Of a stretch of 64,000 bases of DNA, positions 32,950 to 42,568 are shown piece by piece. The stretch comes from Acidobacteriota bacterium. Its GTDB lineage: Bacteria; Acidobacteriota; UBA890; WLXD01. Numbering within the stretch: the stretch's first letter is position 1; each line of letters opens with the position of its first letter. Location: NCBI GenBank assembly GCA_965248695.1, contig CBDFKD010000002.1:128001-192000 (forward strand). Direction: 5' to 3'. A model generated the notes under the pieces. It saw only the letters and a program-made list of their open reading frames with translations, had not been told where the DNA came from and ran no database searches. The translations under genes were made by a program, and so were the position numbers.

Positions 32950-35550
32950 CTAGTTGGTCGGCTTCACCCGCACCCTCCACGCCCCGCGACCGTGGGTGAA
33001 CGCGTACAGCATCGTCTTCGCCCCTTCATGCTGAAGTGTCAGCGACTCCGTGACGATGTTGCCGAAACCGGCGTTTTCCTGCGCCCACGAGGTACCGGTG
33101 TCAGTGCTGACGAAGACTCCCAGGTCGGTACCCAGGAACAGGCGGGCCGGGTTGTCCGGATCGACCACGATCACGTGCACGGGGATATCGGGCAGGCTTC
33201 CCTCACCGATTCCGTCGATGCTGGTCCACGAGCTGCCGCCGTCAGAGCTGCGGAAGACGTGGGGTCCGCCAAAGCCACCGTAGGTGAGATAGAGAACGTC
33301 CGGCTCGATCGGGTCGTAGGCGACCCAGGTCGCCCATGCCTTGCTCGGTCGACGGCGGGGCCATGCAGTTGCCGGGCCCGCGGCAAGGGCATCGTCGGTG
33401 GTGTGCACAAAGCCGAGCTCGGTGGCGACGGCGACTCGGTGGGAATCCGACGGCGACACGGCGATGGCGCTGGCTCGGCCACGGAGCTTGCGACTGGCGA
33501 CCTGCCAGCTTGCGGCGCCGTTGACGGTTCGGTACATGAGCTTGCCGCCGATCCAGAGGGTGTCAGGCCGCGCGGCGTCGAGCACGAAGGGGGTTATGAA
33601 GACGAAGTTGCCGCCGGGGTCGAGGAAGGCGCCGTTGCCGGGGGGAAGGCCGTTGGTGGCCGGGGTGAAGCTGGCGCCGCCATCGTCTGACTTCTGCAGG
33701 TTGGCGTTCTGCGATTCGACGTAGAGAAGCCGTGGGTCGCGGGGATCGATGGCGACGTAGCCACCGTCACCGCCAAACACCTCCACCCAGCCGTTGGGGC
33801 CACCGCCGGGCGGCCGCAAATTGGTCCCGTTGTCCTGGGTGCCACCCAGGAACGCCTTGCCGTCCGGAAACGGCAGTCCTTGATAGAACTGCGTCACCTC
33901 GAAGCTGTTGTTGAGCGGCTGCCAGGCCACCTGGCCGGCGCCAGGATCACAGAGGGCATCCTCAGCTATGGAGACTGGGGCGCGGCCGTTGTCGGTGCGC
34001 CACACACCGCCGTCGTTGACCACGAAGAGGGTCTGGTTGCCGACGCCGTCGTAGGCCGGGTGGAACACCATCCGGTGCTGATCGGCATGCAGGTGGCTGG
34101 CGGTCGCCTCTCCCCCGCCGGTCCACCAGAACGATGCCGGGCCCCAGGTTCGACCGCCATCGCTGGAGCGGAACCAGTCCACGCCAGCGGCCCAGACAAT
34201 GTCGGGGCTCAAGGGGTCGACGGCAATGGTGTTCACGTACCAGCCCATGGGCAGGAAGGTGCTGGAGTCGCCGAAGCCGCAGGCGTCGAGACGCGCTACC
34301 ACGGCGTTGTGTAGCAGCAGTGTGTTGTACGCATCGGGATCAGTGTTGCGTACCTGCGCCACCCAGCTGCCGGGGTCGCCGCCGCCGTCGGAGCGGTACA
34401 CGGCGTGCAGCGCTTGTTCGTAGGCGCCGCCGTCGTTGCTGGCGGCAAGGGCGTAGATCACGTCCTCATCCGATGGGGCCAACGCGATCGACGTGCGGCC
34501 CATGCCGCGCTCGCTCAGCACGGGTTCGAACGCCGCGGCGCTACTGCGCACGCCGCCGCTGCTGGAGACGCCCGCATCGGGGCCCGCACTCTTGGCAGCG
34601 ACACTGCGCGCCGCCGCGTCATTCGACCGGTACACGGTGGCCTGATCGAACGTACCGCACGAGGCGAACAGCACGTCGGTCGGGCGATCGGCGCGGACCT
34701 CGAGATCCAGACATCCGCCGGTGACTCCGGGGTCGAGGATCCGGTCCCAGGTGTCGCCGGCATCGGATGTTCGGTGCACCCCGGTGCGCGTCGCGGCGTA
34801 GAGGGTGCGCGAGTCCGACGGCGAGAACACCAGGTCGTTGACGAACCAAAAGTCCTCGTTGTCCGTAGCCGCCAGCATCGACCACGTCTTGCCGCCGTTC
34901 GTAGTGCGGAACACCCCGCCCCCGCGAAGCGGCAGGCCGGTGCCGCGCACATCCTCGCGGAAGTAGCCCTCGCCGGTGCCGACGTAGAGCACGCGGGCAT
35001 TGCCCGGATCCATCGCCATGGAGTTGACCGCGACGTTCGCCAGGCCATCGCCTACCGAGGTCCACTTGGCGCCGCCATCGGTCGTCTTCCATACGCCGCC
35101 GGAGACACCCCCGGCATACATGGTCTCGGGGCGCTGACGGTCGACCACCAGCGTGCGCGTACGGCCGCCTACGTTGCCCGGCCCCAGCACCTTCCATCGG
35201 CCTTTGAGGCTTCCGCCGCGCAGCTGCGATCGGCGCGCCTCGGCGGCGCTCAGATGGCGCCCTCGGGCGCTGGAATACAGCGGCATTCGGGCAGCGTGGG
35301 CCGCCGCCTGTCGATACGCCGAGCGCGTGTCGATCGTACGGTCGAGCGGTAGGCGCTTGTCGACGTGATATCGCTGCGCCGCCGACGGCGAACCGAACGG
35401 CACGGCGACGGCGCCATCGGCCTGAGCAAGCTTGGCGGCCAACGGCAGGGGCAGCTCAGCTTGCCTGGCCCCGGGGTCGAGGCTCACGGCCGCCAGGACG
35501 ATCGCCGTCGCGATGCAGGCAGCCAGGCAGATGCGGCAAGGAGCAATCAT
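32950..35550 (-). CDS. Secreted BNR/Asp-box repeat beta-propeller protein (VPS10/sialidase-like fold)
   Basis: Signal peptide, GPGNVGGRTR, repeated (S/T)xDGGxxW boxes, LHADQH, GGTQDNG and AFTHGRGAW. Confidence 0.88.
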   Translation of the reverse strand: MIAPCRICLAACIATAIVLAAVSLDPGARQAELPLPLAAKLAQADGAVAVPFGSPSAAQRYHVDKRLPLDRTIDTRSAYRQAAAHAARMPLYSSARGRHLSAAEARRSQLRGGSLKGRWKVLGPGNVGGRTRTLVVDRQRPETMYAGGVSGGVWKTTDGGAKWTSVGDGLANVAVNSMAMDPGNARVLYVGTGEGYFREDVRGTGLPLRGGGVFRTTNGGKTWSMLAATDNEDFWFVNDLVFSPSDSRTLYAATRTGVHRTSDAGDTWDRILDPGVTGGCLDLEVRADRPTDVLFASCGTFDQATVYRSNDAAARSVAAKSAGPDAGVSSSGGVRSSAAAFEPVLSERGMGRTSIALAPSDEDVIYALAASNDGGAYEQALHAVYRSDGGGDPGSWVAQVRNTDPDAYNTLLLHNAVVARLDACGFGDSSTFLPMGWYVNTIAVDPLSPDIVWAAGVDWFRSSDGGRTWGPASFWWTGGGEATASHLHADQHRMVFHPAYDGVGNQTLFVVNDGGVWRTDNGRAPVSIAEDALCDPGAGQVAWQPLNNSFEVTQFYQGLPFPDGKAFLGGTQDNGTNLRPPGGGPNGWVEVFGGDGGYVAIDPRDPRLLYVESQNANLQKSDDGGASFTPATNGLPPGNGAFLDPGGNFVFITPFVLDAARPDTLWIGGKLMYRTVNGAASWQVASRKLRGRASAIAVSPSDSHRVAVATELGFVHTTDDALAAGPATAWPRRRPSKAWATWVAYDPIEPDVLYLTYGGFGGPHVFRSSDGGSSWTSIDGIGEGSLPDIPVHVIVVDPDNPARLFLGTDLGVFVSTDTGTSWAQENAGFGNIVTESLTLQHEGAKTMLYAFTHGRGAWRVRVKPTN

Positions 35551-35732
35551 GGTTTCGTGGCGCCGGCGGCAATCCGTTGCGGGAGTGCCGCAAACGGGTC
35601 CGGGCGGCGCCTGTGTAGTCTTGGAAGCGCATTCAGGGGCCCTCCCCTATTCTATTCAGGCTGCAGTCAGCCAAGCACGTGCGCGACGCGACCCAACCTC
35701 GCGCTCGGCTTTATCGCTCCGTGAACCCGAGC

Positions 35733-35804
35733 ATGCTCGAAGATCACCCCTCCGTACTCCGACGCCTGGGCCGGCGACTCGACCGTCAGCTTCACGGACC
35801 GGCG
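35733..35804 (+). pseudogene. Diverged relic of the 5' end of the downstream Nudix gene
   Basis: MLEDHPSVLRRLGRRLDRQLHGPA versus MFENHPRLLGRLRRRLKAQLPGPL (37273-37344): 14/24 identical residues, ungapped, counted by hand. Confidence 0.7.
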
Positions 35805-35909
35805 TGTGTTTGCACTGGTTATCGCTGGGTGTTTCTATTCCACTATGGTGCTCTCCGACGCAGGCGCGTGTGGGAGCGGGTAAGTGACACCCCTGCACGG
35901 GAGACCCGC

Positions 35910-37250
35910 ATGAACGATTCGCGTATCGCCACAGCCAACCTCTCTTGCCGAGTGCCGTGCACGCAGACGAATGCAAGTCTGAATGGCATTCGGGTCACGA
36001 TCCTCTCGCTCCTCGCCGTGGCGGTTGCGTTGCCGGCTCTTGGAACTTCCTACATCCTCGCCAGCGACGAGGAGCTAGCCGACTTCTCCCATGTCATCGC
36101 CTACGGCACTGTGGGCGAGGTCTACGCGCCGCGCGTTGGGCATCCCTACACCGACTACGCGTTCGAGGTGGAACGTGCCATCCGCGGAGTACCCTCGGGG
36201 ACCACCCTGATGGTGAGCGTTCTCGGTGGCGAGCTACCGGGAGGCGGCTTGCGCCATATCTGGGGCACTCCGAAGTTCCGCCCCGGACAGCGCGCGCTGC
36301 TGTTTCTGCGGCAACGGGATGACGGCGTTCTTCGGATCACGCACATGACGCAGGGCGCGTTCCGCGAGATCGAGGTCGACGGTCGGCCCCTGGCGATGCG
36401 CAACATGGCAAGTGCCGCGGGTGTCCATCGTCCGTCCTCCTCCGGAAAGCCGGAACCGGTATCGATTCGTCGGGCGCACCATCCGCGCGATATGGGACGA
36501 TTCATGAGCTGGCTCGACGACCGCCTCAACGGCCGCGTTCGGAAATCCGACTACTTCGAGGATCCCGTGCTCACCGTCGGAGTGAAGCCGGCGGAAGCGT
36601 TCAACGTGATCACGTACGATACGAGCATCGGGACCCTTGCCGGCCGCTGGGCCGAGTTCGACACGGCAACCTCCGTGCCCTGGCGATATCGAGGGAAACA
36701 ACCGGGCCTTGCCGGCGGTGGCAGCAACGAGTTGCAATCCGCCATCGATAAGCTGAACGCCTATCGCAGCATCAATTTCGCGCTCGCCGGCAAGACCAAG
36801 ACGAAGACCAGCTTCTTCGTCTACGACCAGCAGAACGTGGTCCTGTTCAACGATCCCAACAACGAAGCCGCCGATTTCGACAAGAGCAGTTGTAGCGGGG
36901 TCCTGGCATTCGCCGGTTCGGGCTGCGACACGTGCTTCACCCAGCCGATCGGTGGCGACACATTCCTGCAGTTCACCGAGGGCGACATGGTGGTGAACAA
37001 GAACATCAAGTGCACCTTCCAGGGACCGAATGGTAGCGCCAATGCCGAGGAGATCTTCGGCCACGAGTTCGCGCATGCCCTTGGTCTCGGCCATACATGC
37101 GAGATTGCTGCCGACGGCGTCAGCACACCCGACTGCAAGAAGAAGAAGGAAGTGGCCGCGCTGATGTATCCCTTCGCCAAGGGCGACGGGCGTGGCGCGA
37201 AGCTCAACGGCGACGACAAGAAAGGTTTCAAGAAGGGTCTGAAATACTGA
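35910..37250 (+). CDS. Secreted metzincin/matrixin-like zinc metalloprotease
   Basis: Signal-like hydrophobic stretch, HEFAHALGLGH and Met-turn ALMYP. Start codon uncertain. Confidence 0.85.
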   Translation: MNDSRIATANLSCRVPCTQTNASLNGIRVTILSLLAVAVALPALGTSYILASDEELADFSHVIAYGTVGEVYAPRVGHPYTDYAFEVERAIRGVPSGTTLMVSVLGGELPGGGLRHIWGTPKFRPGQRALLFLRQRDDGVLRITHMTQGAFREIEVDGRPLAMRNMASAAGVHRPSSSGKPEPVSIRRAHHPRDMGRFMSWLDDRLNGRVRKSDYFEDPVLTVGVKPAEAFNVITYDTSIGTLAGRWAEFDTATSVPWRYRGKQPGLAGGGSNELQSAIDKLNAYRSINFALAGKTKTKTSFFVYDQQNVVLFNDPNNEAADFDKSSCSGVLAFAGSGCDTCFTQPIGGDTFLQFTEGDMVVNKNIKCTFQGPNGSANAEEIFGHEFAHALGLGHTCEIAADGVSTPDCKKKKEVAALMYPFAKGDGRGAKLNGDDKKGFKKGLKY

Positions 37251-37272
37251 GTCACGGTCGGTGTCGGGGGGC

Positions 37273-37938
37273 ATGTTCGAGAATCACCCCCGGTTGCTAG
37301 GACGCCTTCGCCGCCGGCTCAAGGCGCAGCTCCCGGGGCCGCTGGCGCAGGCAACTATGTCACCGCGGCCGCGCACCGGCTGGAAGCCCGGTGTGCTGCC
37401 CGACGGATGCCGACATGCCGCGGGGTTGGTGCTGATCTATCCGATCGACGGGCGCTCCCATGTTCTGCTCACGCAGCGGCGCCACGACCTGGCCGATCAC
37501 GGCGGGCAGGTCTCCCTGCCCGGCGGCGAGATCGACGCCGACGAGGGCCGCTACCAGGCAGCCCTGCGGGAAACCGAGGAAGAAGTCGGTGTCAACCGCC
37601 AGCAGGTCAAGCTCGTTGGCAGCTTGACCCCGCTGCATATCCCGGTGAGCCGGTTCATCCTGCATCCGATCGTCGGCCACGCCGAGGAGCGACCGGTGGT
37701 AACGCCGTCAGACGACGAGGTCGCCCGTGTGCTGGAGCCCTCGCTTTCCAGCCTGGCGTCGCCGAGCAGCTGGCGACGCCAGCAATCAGAGCGCGGCGGC
37801 GAGCCCGCCGAGGTGCCGTTCTTCGCTGTCGACGACCTGGAGGTGTGGGGGGCCACGGCGATGGTCTTGGCGGAGCTACTGACCTTGCTGGACGCCCCGG
37901 TCGATCCGTGGCGCACCGGCGACGATTTCGCCGGGTGA
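37273..37938 (+). CDS. Nudix hydrolase, CoA pyrophosphatase (NudL-like)
   Basis: LLTQR..L..HGGQVSLPGG, AALRETEEEVG and VWGATA. Confidence 0.92.
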   Translation: MFENHPRLLGRLRRRLKAQLPGPLAQATMSPRPRTGWKPGVLPDGCRHAAGLVLIYPIDGRSHVLLTQRRHDLADHGGQVSLPGGEIDADEGRYQAALRETEEEVGVNRQQVKLVGSLTPLHIPVSRFILHPIVGHAEERPVVTPSDDEVARVLEPSLSSLASPSSWRRQQSERGGEPAEVPFFAVDDLEVWGATAMVLAELLTLLDAPVDPWRTGDDFAG

Positions 37939-37981
37939 TACCCTGGCCCCCTTTCCCACGCCACCCCCTGACCGAGTTGAC

Positions 37982-39106
37982 ATGAGCGAGAAGAACGTCA
38001 TCGATCGACGGAAGTTCGTTACCCGCGCCACGGGCGCCGTAGCTGGCGCCGCCGCACTCGGCGCCTGTGCGGGCGACAACGAGGGCGGTCCTGCCGTTCA
38101 CACACAACAGAACGTGCGCTGGCGCCTGGCGGCGAGCTTCCCGCGCAGCCTCGACACGCTCTACGGCATCAACGACTACCTCGCCGAGCGCGTCAGCCAG
38201 ATGTCCGAAGGGCGATTCACCATCCGGCCGTATCCCGCCGGCGAGATCGTACCGGCGCTGCAAGTGCTCGACGCGGTGCAGCAGGGCACGGTCCAACTCG
38301 GCGAGACGACCAGTTACTACTACATCGGCAAGAACCCGGCGCTGGCGCTCGATACCGGTATCCCGTTCGGCCTGACTGCGCGGCAGCATTTCGCCTGGAT
38401 GTACGAGGGTGGAGGCCTGGAGCTACTCCGCGAGCTGTTCGCCGACTTCAACATCATCAATTTCCCCGCCGGCTCGACCGGTTGTCAGATGGGCGGCTGG
38501 TTCCGCAACGAGATTCGGGGTCTGTCCGACCTCGGTGGTCTCAAGATGCGCATCCCGGGACTGGGGGGCGAGGTCATGAGCCGGCTGGGGGTGGCGGTAC
38601 AGGTACTCGCCGGCGGCGAGATCTATCAAGCGCTGGAACGCGGTGCCATCGACGCCACGGAGTGGGTCGGGCCACACGACGATGAGCGCCTGGGACTCCA
38701 TCAGGTAGCCAACAACTACTATTCGCCGGGATGGTGGGAGCCCGGCCCCTCGATCTCCTTCTACGTCAACCGCGATGCGTGGGAATCCCTGCCTATCACC
38801 TACCGCGAGATCCTCAGCAGCGCGACGATGGAAGCGGCAGCACGCATGACCGCCCGCTACGACCACCTCAATCCGCTCGCCCTGGAGCGCTTGCTCGCCG
38901 CCGGCGTGCAGCTGCGCACGTTCCCGCGCGACATCATGGAAGCTGCCTACGAAGCGTCGTACGACCTGTTCGAGGAACACGCCGCGGCAGACGCGGGGTA
39001 TCGCAAGATCTACGAGCAGTGGCTGCAGTATCGCGCCGTCTCCGATCGATGGTTCAACACTGCGGAGGCCGACTACACCCGATTCGTCTACGATCACCGC
39101 GCCTGA
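37982..39106 (+). CDS. dctP: TRAP transporter substrate-binding protein (TakP-like, Tat lipoprotein)
   Basis: DRRKF...LGAC, QMGGWF, KMRIPG, IDATEWVGP and YYSPGWWE. Confidence 0.93.
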   Translation: MSEKNVIDRRKFVTRATGAVAGAAALGACAGDNEGGPAVHTQQNVRWRLAASFPRSLDTLYGINDYLAERVSQMSEGRFTIRPYPAGEIVPALQVLDAVQQGTVQLGETTSYYYIGKNPALALDTGIPFGLTARQHFAWMYEGGGLELLRELFADFNIINFPAGSTGCQMGGWFRNEIRGLSDLGGLKMRIPGLGGEVMSRLGVAVQVLAGGEIYQALERGAIDATEWVGPHDDERLGLHQVANNYYSPGWWEPGPSISFYVNRDAWESLPITYREILSSATMEAAARMTARYDHLNPLALERLLAAGVQLRTFPRDIMEAAYEASYDLFEEHAAADAGYRKIYEQWLQYRAVSDRWFNTAEADYTRFVYDHRA

Positions 39107-39239
39107 GTCGGGACACAGTCCCCCACTTGGGGCCTCGACAGCCGCCGAACGGGTTGTTCGAGAGCGTCACTGCGCCGGGAATCACGAACCGGCGCCTGCT
39201 ACACTCGAATCAGCCCCTGGGAAAGTCGAGACTGGATCC

Positions 39240-40529
39240 ATGTTCAGAGGCCGCCTTCTGGTCGTCGCCGGCCTGCTAGTCACGGCAGCGTCGGTCGCCG
39301 TACCGTCCGTCGCCCAGCTGTCCGCCGGCCCATCGGGCCGGGCGCTACCGTCCAACCCTTACTGCCTGATCGGCGGATGTGGGTATGGGCGCGATGGAAT
39401 ACCCGAGCCCTACGCCGGGGGTGGCCTCACCGGCCGCTCGGCGCGTGCCTACTCGAGATCCGCCGACCCGATCTTCACGTCGCAGAGGACCTCGATGCTC
39501 TCGTGGGTGTCGAGCGCCGACATGAACGGTACCCCGACGAACGCCAACGACATATGGGGATACACGTCGCCGAGCGGGCGCGAGTACGCCATCGTCGGCC
39601 TGAAGATCGGCACTGCCTTCGTCGAGATCACCGACCCGGTCAACCCGCGGGTTGTCGGCATCATCGGCGGCGCAACGTCCGATTGGCGCGATATGGCGGT
39701 GTACCGCAGCTACGCCTACTCGATCAACGAGAGCAACGATGGCATTCAGGTTATTGACCTGTCGCGGATCGACCGCGGTGTCGTTTCCCTGGCAAACCAG
39801 GTGACCGACGCCGGCCTGTTCCGCGGCCACAACATCTACGTCAACGAAGACAGCGGCTACGCCTATGTTCTGGGCTCCAACATCGCCCGTGGCGGCCTGC
39901 TGGCAGTGGATCTGAGCGACCCCGCCAACCCGCGCCTGGAACCGGTCAACTGGGAGGTCACCTACGTCCATGACGTCTACGTCACGACGTACAAGAAGGG
40001 TCGGAACAAGGGCCGCGAGATCGCCTTCGCATTTACCGGCGTGTTCGGACTCCACATCATCGACGTAACCGACAAGGCCAACCCCACGACCTTGGCACAT
40101 CTGGACTACGACAACGCCACCTACGGGCATAGTGGCGCCCTGAGCGCCAACGGTCGGTTCCTGTACGTCAACGACGAGCTCGACGAGCGCAGCAATCCGA
40201 ACGTCGATCGCATGACGACCTATGTCGTACGCGTCGGCGACCTAGAGCGTCCGGTGCTGATCAACACAATCGACTGGGACACGCCGGTCATCGATCACAA
40301 CTCGATGATCCAGGGCGACCGCATGTTCGTATCGGCTTATCAGGGTGGCCTGCGCGTGATCGATCTCGAGAACCCCCGCAAGCCCACTGCGCGTGGCTAT
40401 TTCGATACCCACCCCGAGGGCGAGGGCGCCACCTTCAACGGCGCCTGGGGCGTGTACGCCGGCTTCGCGAGCGGCAACGTGATCGTCTCGGACGTCCAGC
40501 GCGGGCTCTTCGTCATCCGCTCGAACTGA
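39240..40529 (+). CDS. Choice-of-anchor B / LVIVD-repeat secreted protein
   Basis: NDIWGY...EYAIVG, SDWRD, HNIY, YVHD, YGHSG, NDELDE, DHN and GAWGVY. Confidence 0.85.
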   Translation: MFRGRLLVVAGLLVTAASVAVPSVAQLSAGPSGRALPSNPYCLIGGCGYGRDGIPEPYAGGGLTGRSARAYSRSADPIFTSQRTSMLSWVSSADMNGTPTNANDIWGYTSPSGREYAIVGLKIGTAFVEITDPVNPRVVGIIGGATSDWRDMAVYRSYAYSINESNDGIQVIDLSRIDRGVVSLANQVTDAGLFRGHNIYVNEDSGYAYVLGSNIARGGLLAVDLSDPANPRLEPVNWEVTYVHDVYVTTYKKGRNKGREIAFAFTGVFGLHIIDVTDKANPTTLAHLDYDNATYGHSGALSANGRFLYVNDELDERSNPNVDRMTTYVVRVGDLERPVLINTIDWDTPVIDHNSMIQGDRMFVSAYQGGLRVIDLENPRKPTARGYFDTHPEGEGATFNGAWGVYAGFASGNVIVSDVQRGLFVIRSN

Positions 40530-40556
40530 GCCGGAACGCCTTCGCGCGACGGATTC

Positions 40557-41879
40557 TCAGCGTAGCAGCGTCGTGACGATCTCCGGATAGACGATGATCA
40601 GCAGCAGCCCGATGAGCTGGATGACGATGAACGGCACGACACCGCGATAAATCTGCATCGTCTCCACCTCCGGCGGCGCCACGCCACGAAGGTAAAACAG
40701 CGCGAACCCGAACGGCGGCGTCAGGAACGAGGTCTGCATGTTGACGGCGATCATCACCGCGAACCACACGAGATCGAATCCGAGCAGGGCGGCGGCCGGC
40801 ACCAGCAACGGCACGATGATGAAGGTGATCTCGAAGAAGTCGATGAAGAATCCCAGGACGAAGACCGTCAGGTTGGCAGCCACTAGAAAGCCGATCGCAC
40901 CGCCGGGAAGATTGGTCAGCAACTCTTCGATCCAGATGTCGCCATAGACGCCACGAAACACCAGCGTGAACGCGGTGGAGCCAATAAGAAGAAACAGGAC
41001 CATCGACGTCAGGCGGGTAGTGTGATCGAGCGCCTGCTTGACAGCGTCCATCGACAGCCGGCCGTTCAGCCAGGCGAGCACCATGGCGCCGACAGCGCCG
41101 AGTGCGCCCGCCTCGGTGGGCGTGGCGATGCCGGCGAAGACGCTGCCCAGAACGACCAGAATGAGGGTCAACGGAGGCACCATCACCAGGCCCACGTCGC
41201 GCAGCAGCCGCCATCCGAACCGCATGCGCTCCTCTGGCGGCAGCGCCGGAGCGGCAGTCGGTCGGACGATCGCCACCGCAATCACGTAGGTTGCGTATAG
41301 GCTCGCCAGCAGCAGGCCCGGCAGCAACGCCCCGACGAATAGCGAGCCGACTGAGATCCCCATCTGGTCGGCGAGAACGATCAGCACGACGCTCGGGGGA
41401 ATGATCTGTCCGAGCGTTCCGGAGGCGGCGATCACCCCGGCCGACAGCTCCGGTGAGTACCGATACCGCAACATCACCGGCAACGAGATAAGCCCCATCG
41501 CCACGACGGAAGCCCCGACCACCCCGACGGCGGCCGCCAGCAACGCCCCGACGAACACGACCGCCAGGGCGAGCCCGCCCCGCAGCGGTCCGAAGAGCTT
41601 ACCGATCGTCGTCAGCAGGTCCTGTGCCAGCCCGGACTTCTCCAGCACCGTTCCCATGAAGATGAAGAACGGCACCGCCAGCAGCACGAAGTTCGACATG
41701 ATGCCGAAGATGCGCTCCGGCATGGCCAGCAACAACGGCCAGTCGAAGAACCCGGCGGCGACACCCACGAATGCAAAGATCACCGCCGTCCCGCCGATTG
41801 CGAACGCTACCGGGAACCCGGTGAAGATCAGCACCAGGAGCACGACGAACATCGAGATCGGCAGCCAGTCGCCGCTCAT
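40557..41879 (-). CDS. dctM: TRAP transporter large permease
   Basis: LLAVPFFIFMG, GTLGQIIPPS, ATPTEAG and QTSFLTPPFGFALFYL. Confidence 0.94.
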   Translation of the reverse strand: MSGDWLPISMFVVLLVLIFTGFPVAFAIGGTAVIFAFVGVAAGFFDWPLLLAMPERIFGIMSNFVLLAVPFFIFMGTVLEKSGLAQDLLTTIGKLFGPLRGGLALAVVFVGALLAAAVGVVGASVVAMGLISLPVMLRYRYSPELSAGVIAASGTLGQIIPPSVVLIVLADQMGISVGSLFVGALLPGLLLASLYATYVIAVAIVRPTAAPALPPEERMRFGWRLLRDVGLVMVPPLTLILVVLGSVFAGIATPTEAGALGAVGAMVLAWLNGRLSMDAVKQALDHTTRLTSMVLFLLIGSTAFTLVFRGVYGDIWIEELLTNLPGGAIGFLVAANLTVFVLGFFIDFFEITFIIVPLLVPAAALLGFDLVWFAVMIAVNMQTSFLTPPFGFALFYLRGVAPPEVETMQIYRGVVPFIVIQLIGLLLIIVYPEIVTTLLR

Positions 41880-42421
41880 GGCGTTGGCCCCGACTGTGCG
41901 CCGTCATTGGCGTCCGACCCGGCGCGCAAGAGGGTTGTCTTGCGAACAATTTCCGCCAGCCCCTGCAGCAGCAGCAGCCCGAAGGCCACCAGAATCATCG
42001 CCTTGATCGGGTAGCGCGGAAGCCCACCCGGATCCGGGGAGGCTTCCCAGATCGACCAGGAGTTGAGCACCGTCGGCAGACTTGCCCAGATACAAAAGAC
42101 CGCGAACGGCACCAGCAGCACGATCGTTCCGACGAGATCGACCCACAGCTTGGTGCGCTCCGAAAGCCGCGTGTACAGCACGTCGACGCGCACGTGATCG
42201 TCGCCCTTCAGCGCGTAGGCGGCACCCAACAGGAACACGAGGCTGAACAGGTACCACTGCATCTCGAGGTACGCGTTGGAGCTCAGGTTGACACCGATCC
42301 AGCGACCCGCGTACCTCGCCAGCGCGTTGTACGCGCCGATCAGAACCATGGCGAGGACCAGCCAAGAGACGGCGCGCCCGGTCCATTCGTTGAGCGCGTC
42401 GACGACACGAACGAAGCTCAC
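41876..42421 (-). CDS. dctQ: TRAP transporter small permease
   Basis: About 4 TM helices, EMQWYLF, HVRVD and SPDPGGLP; overlaps the dctM start. Confidence 0.92.
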   Translation of the reverse strand: MSFVRVVDALNEWTGRAVSWLVLAMVLIGAYNALARYAGRWIGVNLSSNAYLEMQWYLFSLVFLLGAAYALKGDDHVRVDVLYTRLSERTKLWVDLVGTIVLLVPFAVFCIWASLPTVLNSWSIWEASPDPGGLPRYPIKAMILVAFGLLLLQGLAEIVRKTTLLRAGSDANDGAQSGPTP

Positions 42422-42568
42422 GATCGGTTACCTCGGGCGGCAGGTCAGACGACGGCCGGAGTCTACACCTGTCGGGTGGACCACATCGTTGGCAAGACGT
42501 GTGTCCGCTAGGCATGGCACTAAGTTGTGCTGGGTCCGGGGTCCGCCGCCTGGTTGCCGGCCGTGTCC

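Noticed and set aside
42515-42530. TGGCACTAAGTTGTGC as a sigma54 promoter
   Set aside because: Wrong spacing, and it points into the 3' end of an opposite-strand gene.
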